Source of the DNA: Spirochaetia bacterium
Lineage (GTDB): Bacteria; Spirochaetota; Spirochaetia; SZUA-6; Bin103
Assembly (NCBI GenBank): GCA_965203515.1
Contig: OZ241907.1
Coordinates: 1,984,001-2,048,000, forward strand
DNA length: 64,000 bases
Direction of reading: 5' to 3'
In this document: one piece after another, positions 8,353 to 19,633 of the stretch
Position numbering within the stretch: position 1 is the stretch's first letter
How the letters are laid out: the number at the start of each line of letters is the position of its first letter
Program-made: the position numbers and the translations under genes
Notes under the pieces: generated by a model
What the model was told of the DNA's origin: nothing
Database searches by the model: none
The model's input: the letters and a program-made list of their open reading frames with translations, nothing else

Positions 8353-9423
8353 ATGGAGCGAGTGAAATGCGCGGTGATCGGCGCCGGCTGGTGGGGGACG
8401 ACCGCCCACGTGCCGGCCTTGCGGGACAATCCCCACGCCGACCTGGTAGCGGTTCAGCATCACGACCGTCAGACGGCGGAGCGCACCGCCCGCGACTTCG
8501 GCGTGCCGCATGCCTGTACCACGGCGGACGAGGTGCTGGCGATCGACGGCCTGCAGGCGGCGGTGATCAGCTCGGTGCCGGCGCTGCACTACGCGCAGGG
8601 CAAGGCGGCGCTCGAACGCGGCCTGCACGTGCTGATCGAGAAGCCGTTCACGATCCGCGGCGCCGAAGGGCAGGAACTGGTCCGCCTGGCGGACGCGAAG
8701 GGGCTGCACCTGATGGTCGGCACCACCTATCACTTCACGCGCCACTGTCAGGAAGCGCGCCGCGTGCTCCGGTCCGGCGGCATCGGCACGGTGCGGATGA
8801 TCACCATCCTGTTCACCAACCTCACCGAGCGCCTCTACCGCGGCCTGGAGTGGGATGAGGCGATGCCCGGCAAGGAGGAGGCGCGCCCGGAGCACCAGCG
8901 GCCCTATCTGGTCCCCGGCGTCACCTCCTACAGCGACCCGGCGATCGCCGGCGGCGGTCAGATATACACCCAGGTCTCCCACCCGGCCGCCTACGTCAGC
9001 TACCTGACCGAGCGCCGGCCGGTCGAGGTGTTTGCGCGCTTCGAGAACGACGGCGCCGCGGTCGACGTCTACGACGCGATCGTGATCGTGCTCGACGACG
9101 GGACGCTGGTCAGCCTGGCGTCCAACGGGGCGGCCACGCCCGCCAAGATGCACTACGAGCTGCGCGTGCACGGCACCGGCGGCGTCCTGGAACAGGAGCT
9201 GTGGGACGGGACGCTGAGCGTGGACGGCGCCGGCGGCCGCACCGATTACGAGCCGCTGCCGGCCGAGGACAACTACCCGGTCGGCGCTCCCTCCGCCAAC
9301 CTGATCGACTTGGCTCGCGGCGCCGCGGAAAACGGATCGCCCGGCCGCCACGGCGCGTTCGGCTCGGTCATCAGCGAGGCGGCGCTCGAGTCGGTGCGCA
9401 CCGGACAGCCGGTACGCCTGTAG
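8353..9423 (+). CDS. Gfo/Idh/MocA family oxidoreductase
   Basis: VIGAGWWG Rossmann motif, HVLIEKP. Confidence 0.9.
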   Translation: MERVKCAVIGAGWWGTTAHVPALRDNPHADLVAVQHHDRQTAERTARDFGVPHACTTADEVLAIDGLQAAVISSVPALHYAQGKAALERGLHVLIEKPFTIRGAEGQELVRLADAKGLHLMVGTTYHFTRHCQEARRVLRSGGIGTVRMITILFTNLTERLYRGLEWDEAMPGKEEARPEHQRPYLVPGVTSYSDPAIAGGGQIYTQVSHPAAYVSYLTERRPVEVFARFENDGAAVDVYDAIVIVLDDGTLVSLASNGAATPAKMHYELRVHGTGGVLEQELWDGTLSVDGAGGRTDYEPLPAEDNYPVGAPSANLIDLARGAAENGSPGRHGAFGSVISEAALESVRTGQPVRL

Positions 9424-9451
9424 CGCCCGGAGGGGTCGAGGGCGGCAGCCG

Positions 9452-10390
9452 CTAACCGCCGGCGGCGCTGCGGTCGTAGCGGTAGGTGATGGCGACCGCG
9501 TCGATCGCGCTCGGCAGGTCCCAGCCGAGCCGGAACACCAGCGACAGCTCACGGGACTCGCCGGCCTCCAGGCGCTCCTCGAAGAAGCAGAAGCACCGGA
9601 TCAGCTCGACGTGGCGCTGCGCGGCCGGCGGCGAGTAGGCGTGCGCGGCCATCACCCGCAGCGATTCGTCGGCGGTGTTGCGGATCGCGAAGGCGGCGCG
9701 CCCGGTCTCCCCCGGCCGCAGGCGCAACTCCGGCGCGGTCAGGATCGTGAACTCCAGCGGCACGCCGCCGGCCACTTCGGCGCGCAGCGTCACCGGCAGA
9801 TCGGCGTCCCAGCCCATGATCACGCGCCAGCGGCCGCCTTCGCGGATCAGGTCGACCGTCTCGGTCACCTCCACCATCGGCAGGCGGCCGGCGCGCGCGT
9901 CGGCGCGTATGCCCCGCGCCACCTCCGCCGGCGACCCCTCCGGCGATGCCGTGCCGCCGAACGCGCGGTCCGCCTGCGCGGCCTGCAGCAGCGGGCCGAG
10001 ATCGCGGTCGGCGGAGTTGGGGAGCGCCGCGCGGATCGTCACCCGCGCCTGATCGCCGGCCGCCTCGGTGTCGGCGTCGAGGAATCGTATCGCCTCCGCC
10101 AGGGCGTCGACGGCGGGCTGCAACGATGCCGGGAACGGCGGGTTGACCGCGATGAACTCGGCCAGCGTCCGCTCGGCTCGGTCCGCCGCCGAGGCGAGCT
10201 CATGGAGCCGCTCCGCCTGCCGCGCGTAGCGGGCGCGCAGGAACCGTTCCGCCACCTCGACCGGGGATGGGGGCGCCGCCACCGCGATCACCAGCGCGGC
10301 GGTGACCGTCACCGCCGCGGCGGTCAGGACGACGATCGCGGCCCGCCGCAGGCGCGGCGTCGGTTCGGTTCCCATCGCGGCGTCCGCCAT
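9452..10390 (-). CDS. Membrane-anchored protein with C-terminal CtaG/Cox11-like copper-binding domain
   Basis: N-terminal hydrophobic helix; C-terminal LIRCFCFFEERLEAGE (CFCF motif); start 10390 or 10375. Confidence 0.7.
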   Translation of the reverse strand: MADAAMGTEPTPRLRRAAIVVLTAAAVTVTAALVIAVAAPPSPVEVAERFLRARYARQAERLHELASAADRAERTLAEFIAVNPPFPASLQPAVDALAEAIRFLDADTEAAGDQARVTIRAALPNSADRDLGPLLQAAQADRAFGGTASPEGSPAEVARGIRADARAGRLPMVEVTETVDLIREGGRWRVIMGWDADLPVTLRAEVAGGVPLEFTILTAPELRLRPGETGRAAFAIRNTADESLRVMAAHAYSPPAAQRHVELIRCFCFFEERLEAGESRELSLVFRLGWDLPSAIDAVAITYRYDRSAAGG

Positions 10391-10442
10391 CCTACACTGC
10401 CGCCGCGATGAAGCACTGCATGCTCCCCGCCGGAAGATCGTG

Positions 10443-11171
10443 ATGGCGGCGCTCGACGGCGCCGCCGCAATCGTTACGGGCGCCGGAACCGGCATCGGCG
10501 CCGCCATCGCCGCCGCCCTGCACGACGCGGGCGCCGCGGTAACGCTCGTCGGCCGGCGCGCCGAGCCGCTCGCCGACGTCGCCGGCCGGCTCGGCGCCGA
10601 TCGCGTGCGCGTCCGTCCCTGCGACGTATCGGACCGGGACGCCGTGCAGGCCGCCTTCCGGGACGCGGCGCAGGCGCACGGACCGGCCACGATCCTGGTG
10701 AACAACGCCGGCATCAACACCAATCCCCGCTCGGTCGCGGAGGTGTCGCTCGCCGACTGGGACCGGACGGTGGCGGTCGACCTGTCGGGCGTCTTCTACT
10801 GCGTCCGCGCCGCGCTGCCGGCCATGCGCGCCGCCGGCGGAGGCACCGTCGTCAACGTCGCCTCCACCGCCGGACGCTGGGGATCGAGCCTGGCCGGGGC
10901 CGCCTACAGCGCCGCCAAGCACGGCGTGGTCGGCCTGACGTCGGTCATCAACGACGAGGAATCCCGCCACGGCATCCGGTGCACGGCCATACTTCCCGGA
11001 GAGGTGGAGACGCCGATCCTGGAGCAGCGCCCGGAGCCGGTGAGCGCCGAGCGGCGGCGGGCCATGTTGCAGCCGGAGGACGTCGCGGCCGCCGCCTTGC
11101 TGGCCGCCACCCTCCCCGACCGCGCCTGCATCACCGAGCTGGTGATCAAACCGCGGGTGGCGTATACGTAG
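10443..11171 (+). CDS. SDR family oxidoreductase
   Basis: TGAGTGIG, NNAG, YSAAK. Confidence 0.92.
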   Translation: MAALDGAAAIVTGAGTGIGAAIAAALHDAGAAVTLVGRRAEPLADVAGRLGADRVRVRPCDVSDRDAVQAAFRDAAQAHGPATILVNNAGINTNPRSVAEVSLADWDRTVAVDLSGVFYCVRAALPAMRAAGGGTVVNVASTAGRWGSSLAGAAYSAAKHGVVGLTSVINDEESRHGIRCTAILPGEVETPILEQRPEPVSAERRRAMLQPEDVAAAALLAATLPDRACITELVIKPRVAYT

Positions 11172-11215
11172 CGGTCGCGTGACGGATCGCCCGTCGGCGT
11201 ACTATCTTTCTTCGC

Positions 11216-12007
11216 GTGCGGTTCCTTGCGTCGTTGGCGCGCGCGGCTACGCAGCCGGGTCGGGCGTTCCGCCCCGAGCACACGCCGACCTTCTCCATGT
11301 TCGCCCTGCTGGCGCTGGTGTTCGTCGCCACCGCCGCCGGCGAGGTCCTGACCCTGTGGCACTACCGGTCGCCGGTGGTCCGTGAAATCGCGCTGGTCGA
11401 GTCGCGCCAGATCGCCGAACGCAACGCGGTGCTCAGCGGCGAGCGGGACATTCAGCAGCAGCAGGCCAATATCTACAACCGGTTGACCGCGCCGTCCACG
11501 TCGGGCGCCAAGACGTTTCGGGTGATGCTGGCCTCGGCCGTCCTCCTGGCCGCCCTGGGGCTGACCTGGGTGGCGTTGATCGTGCTGGCGCTCTTCTTCG
11601 GCGGCGAAGAGCCGACGGCGCCGGACCGGCCGCGCGCGTCGATCCGTCTGGTCGGCGTTGCATTCGTGCCGCTCGCCGTACGGCGGCTGCTGTCCGGGGC
11701 GCTCACCCTGGCGACCGACCCGGAGTCGGCCGCGAACGCCACCACGGTCGCCGAGTACCGGGAGTCGATCACCGTGCGCTTCGACCTGGCATCGCTGATC
11801 GACTGGAACCTGCCGGGGATCGTGGAGCGGTTCGCGGTGCTGCTGTCGGATCCGTTCGCGCTGTGGGCGCTGACGGTGCTGGCGTTCGGGGCGGCGATGC
11901 TGCTGCGCCTTCCCGCGCGGCGCGCCATCGCGCAGACTGGGTGCATCGCGGTGTTGTGGGCGGTGATCGACGCCGTCATCGGCGGCCGCCTGGCCGTTCT
12001 GGCATGA
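11216..12007 (+). CDS. Yip1-domain membrane protein (YknW-like)
   Basis: About five hydrophobic segments, DPFALW motif, lies directly upstream of MacA/MacB-like genes. Confidence 0.7.
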   Translation: MRFLASLARAATQPGRAFRPEHTPTFSMFALLALVFVATAAGEVLTLWHYRSPVVREIALVESRQIAERNAVLSGERDIQQQQANIYNRLTAPSTSGAKTFRVMLASAVLLAALGLTWVALIVLALFFGGEEPTAPDRPRASIRLVGVAFVPLAVRRLLSGALTLATDPESAANATTVAEYRESITVRFDLASLIDWNLPGIVERFAVLLSDPFALWALTVLAFGAAMLLRLPARRAIAQTGCIAVLWAVIDAVIGGRLAVLA

Positions 12008-12049
12008 TGGGGGTGGCATGAGAGCGTCTGACACAGGAGGAACTCCGGC

Positions 12050-13426
12050 ATGAAACGACGAACCGGCGTGCTGCTCCGCTTCGCGGGAATCGCGGTGGTC
12101 CTGCTGATCGTCGCCAGCTTCGCGCTCAGCCGCCTGTTCGCCAGCGATCCGCTGGCCGACGCCGTCCCGGTGGAGGTCGAGGAGGCGGTGACCACGGCGA
12201 TGCAGACGCGCGTCGTCGGGAGCTGCACCTTCCGTGCGCGGCGTAGCGTCGACGTCACCTACGACGCGGGGGGGCGGGCGATCGCCATCCCGGTGCAGGT
12301 CGGCGATCGGGTCACCGCCGGTCAGACGCTGGTGCAGTTCGAGCAGACCGAGCTGCGCAACGCTGTGACGCGGACGCAGGCGTCGTTGCGCGAGACCGAG
12401 CTGGGGCTGGCGCACAGCCTGGCCAAGCAGCGCGCCGCCATCGTGTCGTCGGAGCGGGCCTGGAACGACCGGGTCCAGGCCTTGTCGCGCAAACGATCCC
12501 TGCACCGCAGCGGAACCGTCTCCGACGACGAGTTGACGCAGGCGGAGCAGGCCGAGCGCCAAGCGTTCGATGCGCTGCAGACCGCCCGCGCCGATCTCAA
12601 CCGCGCGGCCGGCCTGCCGGTCGATGCCGAACCGCCGATGGACGGCGCCGGCGACGCGCGTACCATCGCCAACGACCCGAACGTGATCCAGGCGCGGCTC
12701 GCCGCCGAGAACGCGGCCCAGGACCTTCGCCGGTCGACCGTGACGGCGCCGCTCGACGGAACCGTGACCGGACTCGACGCAACGCTGGGCAACCGCACCA
12801 ACTCCGGCGGCAGCGTCGCCACGGTGCAGACTCTGGACGACATCCTTGCCGGTGTTCAGATCGATGAGGTCGACATCGGCAAGCTCCGCGTCGGCCAGCA
12901 GGTCCTCCTCACTACCGAGACCCTGCGCGACGTGGAGCTGTCGGGGATGATCACGATGGTGCCGCCCAGCATGGAGACGACCGGCAACGTGCCGCTGGTC
13001 ACCATCGACGTGGACGTAGACGAAGGCAGCCTGCCGGCCGGAGCCAACCTGCTGGCCGGCTCCTCCTGCCGCGCGCGCATCGACGCGGAACTGAAGCAGG
13101 ACGCCACCGTGGTCCCCTACGCCGCCCTGCTCGAACGGGCCGGCGTCACGATCGCGTTCGTAGCCAACCCGGTCGACGGCGAGGGCGGCCGCTACCTCCT
13201 GGACCGCCGCGAGGTTCGCACCGGCGCGTCCACGCCGACCCAGATCGAGGTGACCGACGGCATCGAACCCGGCGAGCTGGTCGTGATCGGCAATCTGGCG
13301 CTGCTGCGCGACGGCCTGTCGGTGACGGCCGGCCAGGAGACGCCGGCTCAGGAAGGGGCGCCGGCCGAACCGGAGCCCGACGGCGCCGCAGAGCCGGCGG
13401 AAGAAGCGCCCGCCGAACCGTCGTGA
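12050..13426 (+). CDS. Efflux periplasmic adaptor subunit (MacA/HlyD-like)
   Basis: N-terminal TM, VQVGDRVTAGQTL, TVTAPLDGTV, coiled-coil hairpin. Confidence 0.9.
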   Translation: MKRRTGVLLRFAGIAVVLLIVASFALSRLFASDPLADAVPVEVEEAVTTAMQTRVVGSCTFRARRSVDVTYDAGGRAIAIPVQVGDRVTAGQTLVQFEQTELRNAVTRTQASLRETELGLAHSLAKQRAAIVSSERAWNDRVQALSRKRSLHRSGTVSDDELTQAEQAERQAFDALQTARADLNRAAGLPVDAEPPMDGAGDARTIANDPNVIQARLAAENAAQDLRRSTVTAPLDGTVTGLDATLGNRTNSGGSVATVQTLDDILAGVQIDEVDIGKLRVGQQVLLTTETLRDVELSGMITMVPPSMETTGNVPLVTIDVDVDEGSLPAGANLLAGSSCRARIDAELKQDATVVPYAALLERAGVTIAFVANPVDGEGGRYLLDRREVRTGASTPTQIEVTDGIEPGELVVIGNLALLRDGLSVTAGQETPAQEGAPAEPEPDGAAEPAEEAPAEPS

Positions 13427-14132
13427 TCCGCTTGGCCGGCATCACCAAGGTCTACCCCATGGGGGCCGATGTCACGGTCACCGCCCTCGCCGGGGTCGAT
13501 CTGCTCATAGAGGATCACGAGTTCGTGGCGGTCATGGGACCGTCAGGATCGGGCAAGTCGACCCTGATGAACATCATCGGCTGCCTGGATCGGCCGAGCT
13601 CCGGGACCTACGAGCTGGCCGGCTCCGACGTATCGACGATGTCGGACCACGATCTGGCGCGCGTGCGCAACGACCGGGTCGGCTTCATATTCCAGACGTT
13701 CAACCTGCTGCCGCGCATGACCGCCTTGCGCAACGTGGAGCTGCCCATGATCTACGCCGGCGTCGGACGCCGCGAACGCCGCCGGCGAGCCACCGATGCC
13801 CTGCAACGCGTCGGCCTGGCCGAGCGCGCGCGCCACCGCCCCACCGAGATGTCGGGAGGGCAGCGGCAGCGGGTGGCGATCGCGCGCGCGCTGGTCAACG
13901 ACCCGTCGATCGTGTTCGCCGACGAGCCGACCGGCAACCTCGACTCGTCGACCGGCCGAGAGATCATGCAGATACTCACCGAACTGAACCGCTCGGGCGC
14001 CACCATCGTCCTGGTCACGCACGACGCCGACGTCGCAGCCCACAGCCGGCGCGTGATCTACCTGCGGGACGGACAGATCCTCCGCGACGATCGGCTTGCC
14101 ATGCATGCGCCGGCCGCCCCGGAGCGACCGGC

Positions 14133-14136
<4 letters not shown>
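13423..14136 (+). CDS. ABC transporter ATP-binding protein (MacB/LolD-like)
   Basis: GPSGSGKST, MSGGQRQR, ADEPTGNLD. Confidence 0.95.
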
Positions 14137-15356
<1,220 letters not shown>

Positions 15357-15387
15357 CTCGGAAGGCAGCCCGGAAGGCGATCGACGT

Positions 15388-16683
15388 ATGGCTTCGCTCA
15401 TCGGCCAGCCGGACCGCACCGCTCGGCGTTCGCCGACCCGCAGGCGGACCATCCCCGGCATACGAGTCGGCTCGCTCGTCATCGAGGCCGCAGCCGCGGT
15501 GGCCGCCAATCGGTTCCGCATGGTGCTGGCGTTGCTGGGCATCACCATCGGCGTCGGCTCGGTGATCGCGATCGTGGGACTGGGCGACGGCGCCAGGGTA
15601 TTGGTGCGCGAGTCGATCTCCAGCTTCGGGGCCGGCTCCCTGATGGTGATGCCCAACTGGGGAGCGACCGACGCCGACGGCGAGCGCTACGAGACGGAAG
15701 CGATCACCGTCGAAGACGTCGAACAGATCAACGCGCAGGCCGACGCCGTACAGATGGTGACGCCGGAGCTGACGTTCTCGGAGTCCGCGCGCTACGGCGG
15801 CCGCAGCACCGATGCGACCCTGTATGGCACGTTGCACTACTACCTGGAGGCCAGCTCGGTGCCGGTGGCGCAAGGCCGCTTCCTGAACCCCGAAGATCAG
15901 CGCTCGCAGCGCAAGGTGGCGGTGCTGGGCTCAGAAGTCGCGGCGGAGCTGTTCCGGGACGAATCGCCGCTCGGGGCGCTGATCTCCATCGGATCATGGT
16001 TCGAGCTCGAAGTGATCGGCGTGATGGCCCCCGAAGAGAGGGGCCTGCTGTCCGTCGGCGACGAATCGGTCGATGCCCGCGTATACCTGCCGGTATCGAC
16101 CATGGAGCGGCTCTTCGGGCGGCAGGGTATCTACTTTCTCTGGGGGCAGGCGGCCAGCCTGACCGAGGTCGATGCCGCCAAGCAGCAAATCCTGGGGATC
16201 CTGGACGCCAACCACGGCCGGTTCGACGGCCGGTACCGCAAGTTCCAGATAGAGGACATGAACCAGCTGCTGGAGACGATCGAATCGACCACCGGCACCA
16301 TCACCAGCCTGGTCTCGCTGCTGGGCGTCATATCGCTGGTGGTGGCCGGCATCGGCGTGATGAACATCATGCTGGTCTCGGTGCGCGAACGGACGCGGGA
16401 GATCGGCACGCGCAAGGCTATCGGCGCCCAGCAGGCGTCGATCCTCAACCAGTTCGTGGTAGAGGCGGTGTTGATCTGCGGCGGCGGCGGGCTGGCCGGC
16501 ATCGGCCTGGCGGCCGCCGCCATCGCCATCGTCGCGCAGGCGACCGAGTGGCCGGGTCTGATCTCGCCGGCCACGATCCGGTTGGCGTTCTTCCTGGCGC
16601 TGGGAACCGGCCTGGTGTCGGGCCTCTACCCCGCCACCCGCGCCGCGCGCATGGACCCGGTCGAGGCGCTGCGCCACGAGTGA
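15388..16683 (+). CDS. ABC transporter permease (MacB/FtsX family), second copy
   Basis: GIGVMNIMLVSVRERTREIGTRKAIGA; ends PVEALRHE. Confidence 0.95.
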   Translation: MASLIGQPDRTARRSPTRRRTIPGIRVGSLVIEAAAAVAANRFRMVLALLGITIGVGSVIAIVGLGDGARVLVRESISSFGAGSLMVMPNWGATDADGERYETEAITVEDVEQINAQADAVQMVTPELTFSESARYGGRSTDATLYGTLHYYLEASSVPVAQGRFLNPEDQRSQRKVAVLGSEVAAELFRDESPLGALISIGSWFELEVIGVMAPEERGLLSVGDESVDARVYLPVSTMERLFGRQGIYFLWGQAASLTEVDAAKQQILGILDANHGRFDGRYRKFQIEDMNQLLETIESTTGTITSLVSLLGVISLVVAGIGVMNIMLVSVRERTREIGTRKAIGAQQASILNQFVVEAVLICGGGGLAGIGLAAAAIAIVAQATEWPGLISPATIRLAFFLALGTGLVSGLYPATRAARMDPVEALRHE

Positions 16684-16711
16684 ACCGGCCGCCGATGAGG
16701 GGGTTGCCGCC

Positions 16712-17171
16712 GTGAGTAAGTTGACGGTCTTTTCGACAGCAAGCGTCAGTCGGCTCCCACGTAACGCTTCGTCTCACGCGTGGAGAAGACGTCTCCGGCC
16801 GCATCGATCAGCTCGACGACGCCTACGTCAGTCTCGACCTCGGCGGCGGGAAGAGCGTCACCATCTTCGCGGAAATTCTTGCCGGATGGGAATTACATCT
16901 CGACGCCGGGGCCGTGAACGAGGATCGACGCGAACGCCTGACGCCCCCGGCAGTGCACGACGAAAAGCACGCCTCGGATGATGAGTATGAGAAAAAATCC
17001 GCCGTCGAGTCGACGTTGGCACGGGTCGAGGCCAAGTTCTCGGAAGCGGTCAAACGTGCGCAGTCACCAACCGGTACAACGGCCCCGCCGCGCCGGCGCT
17101 TCAAAACCGAGGAAGAACAAGCAGGCAGGGCAGAAGCAGGCGAGCGACTTGACGGCTCCCCCGTAACGTGA
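16712..17171 (+). pseudogene. Frameshifted, truncated paralogue of the N-terminal (Sm-like) domain of the 19634 ATPase
   Basis: ~190 bp similar to 19634-19817; extra T (gtcttttcga vs gtctttcga); corrected frame continues into ORF 16914-17171. Confidence 0.75.
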
Positions 17172-17185
17172 CAGGGTGGCAGGCA

Positions 17186-18854
17186 TGAACCGGTCGCCCG
17201 TTCCCCTGCCTCGAGCTCCCGTCGCCTCGTTGGCGAAACGCGCCGCCGGGGCGGCGCTCCTCGGGCTGGCGGTCGCCGCCTCGTTCGGGCTCGGCGCCTG
17301 CTCGGGCGCCGCCGGAACCCCGGCGCCGGCGGCGCCCGCCGCCCCGGCCGACCCCCCCCCCCCCCCCCCGAAAACCCGACCGAACCCGTAACTCCTACCG
17401 AACCCACTGAACCGACAACGCCACAGGATCCGACAGAGCCCGTTGATCCTATCCCGCCGCCTGCGGGCGGCGGCGGTCCGTCGGGAGGCGGTCCTTCAGG
17501 TGGTGGTGGTCCGTCAGGAGGAGGGGGACCTCCGCCTGCAACTCCGCCACCGCCGAACAGGGCACCGATAATAACTTCAAGTCCGGTTACGGAAGTTAAT
17601 GAAAGTTCTGCTTACAGTTATCAGGTTACCGCAAGGGATCCCGACGGGGACAGCATGAATTATAGCCTGCCGACGAAACCCGCGTGGCTTTCAATGAATT
17701 CATCGGGACTGATTACCGGGACGGCTCCTTCCGTGAATTCTGACACGAACGTTAATCTTGAAGCGAGGGTTTCCGACGGGCAGGAAACGACGAGTCATTC
17801 TTTCGCGGTTTCGGTGAAGGACGTGCCGACGCTGAGCGTTTCAGGCACCCTGCAAGACAGCGAGACGGACACGGGAAAGGCGGGGGAAGTCAGGGCGTAT
17901 AAAAATAACGGCGACGGGACTTATACTTTACTGAAAAAAACGACGGCGGGAAGCACGGGTGCGTTTTCAATGTCGTTCAGTCACAGGGGAAATTTTGACC
18001 TGCAGGCGAGACTGAAACAGGGAACGGCTGACAAGAGTTACGTGAGGACGATACCGACGTCATCAACTTCAACTTTAACGGGACTGACGATAAGGGCGGT
18101 TCCATACACGGACCTTTCGGAAACACAAACGATAAGTGTGACCGACACAATCGTAAGCATACCCGAATTCAAGTCATTCATTGAAGACGTTAATAACCAT
18201 GCCGCTAATCGTGCCGGCGGAGGATTCATGAAGTGGAATTTGGACAATTTAAACGGGGTTGAAATTTTAAGGGAAAATCCGACGGCAAACACGGGAAGTT
18301 TTGACACGACGAAGCAGAATTACATAGAAAATAAAATAAAGGCATCGGATGACATAGCGTTGTTGTTTGACGGAAGAACGGTAACGGTGCAGAAGGACGC
18401 CACGAGAACGGCTCAGGACGCGAACAAGAAATACACGGTTACGGGAAGCACGATAACGCCTAACACGGGCTGGATTGTCGTCGTTCCGGTGCATAATTTA
18501 GATGCTTCAGGCCTTGCGTTTGGAGGAGATTCAGACAATGACGGTTACATTGACGGATACAGGATAGATTTAAAATCAAACGTCGCGGGCATTTATACAG
18601 ACGCCATCAGAGTAATAACGCACGAATTTGCCCACACGACTCTTTATCCCGGGGGTGACGTTACGATGGGGCATACAAGCAGGTTGGTTCATGATCAGTC
18701 AATTACTGCTCTGGTCGCCGTCGGTGGAAGGACGGCATGCACGAAGCCATGCACTTTTGACCAGAAGGCTGCCAAGTTGATTTACGAATCTACCTTTGCC
18801 GTGGGGACGCCTTATAGTGAGATTTTGGGGACGAGTTGGCGGACGAACGAATAG
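17186..18854 (+). CDS. Lipoprotein with Pro/Gly linker, cadherin/Ig-like domain and HExxH zinc metalloprotease-like domain; interrupted by frameshift in C18 tract
   Basis: Signal peptide ending LGAC; C18 at 17352-17369; downstream frame ENPTEPVTPTEP...NRAPIITSSPVTEVNESSAYSYQVTARDPDGD...ITHEFAH is open from 17370 to 18854. Confidence 0.75.
17352..17369 (+). repeat. Poly-C homopolymer (C18) at frameshift junction
   Basis: Direct count of 18 consecutive C. Confidence 0.9.
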
Positions 18855-18911
18855 TCTGCGCCCTCGCCCACCCCACCCGCCGCCCGCCACCGGCAACCCA
18901 ACCGTGCGCCC

Positions 18912-18969
18912 CCCTCCTCCGCCAACCGCGCGCCGCGCGCCGCCCTCCTCCGCCAACCGCGCGCCGCGC
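18912..18969. repeat. Tandem duplication (ccctcctccgccaaccgcgcgccgcgc x2)
   Basis: Copies at about 18912 and 18943. Confidence 0.8.
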
Positions 18970-18999
18970 CGGGCGGCGACAGGGGCTACCGGTCGAGAC

Positions 19000-19116
19000 G
19001 CGTCTTCGGCGCCGAAGTGGCGTCGCCCGCCGGCTTCGCTGCCGAACTGTCCGGGCGGTCAGCGGCTGCGTCTCCCGGCTGCGCCGCCGCCTGAGCCGAT
19101 ACCTTCGCCGCCGAAG
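19000..19116 (-). pseudogene. Internal remnant of the HNH gene family member at 29151-30728
   Basis: cgtcttcggcgccgaagtggcgtcg...cttcgctgccgaa...ggctgcgccgccgcctgagc matches 29706-29840. Confidence 0.75.
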
Positions 19117-19229
19117 GAGCGGCGCTGTCCGCTCTGGGCCACCGCTTACGACCGCTTGACCAATCGCTGACGAGAGGCTAGATTCATGGCATCCGCCCCT
19201 TGGCAGTACGCCTCGCTCCCAGTCGAAGA

Positions 19230-19375
19230 TCTGGCCATCCTGAGCGGCGCCGATTCCTTGGGGCCTTTCCTTTCTTCTTACGGCCCCAGGCGGACTCGTT
19301 GATCTCGTAAGTCGAGGAGGTTGCAGGCGGTGGCAACGTCGCTCCAGCCGCAGGCGTCGAGCGCGGCGCGGTGTG
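19230..19375 (-). pseudogene. C-terminal fragment resembling type IIG/Eco57I-like N6-adenine methyltransferase
   Basis: Frameshifted RAALDACGWSDVATACNLLD / YEINESAWGRKKK resembles the DRAVLDAYGW...LDYE..E..WG.KKKP tail of that family (recalled, not searched). Confidence 0.5.
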
Positions 19376-19633
19376 TGGCGGTAATCGTTAGTACGCCTTC
19401 CGGCGGCTTCAGGGCGGGATCGGTACCAACAATTGGAAGTGCGCCCCCTGCCTCAGAGGGGTTGCACCTGCCGGATGGGCGCACCTACCATAAGCGCGCG
19501 ACATGCCGACCCCCTTGCGGGGCGGTTGGGCGATGCGGCATCCGAACATGGAGAACTGCGGTGAGCGCACGGGGAGCCGGCTCGATGGACGCTGACGGCG
19601 TAGGCCGTCGATGATGATGGCGGTGTTGCGGCC

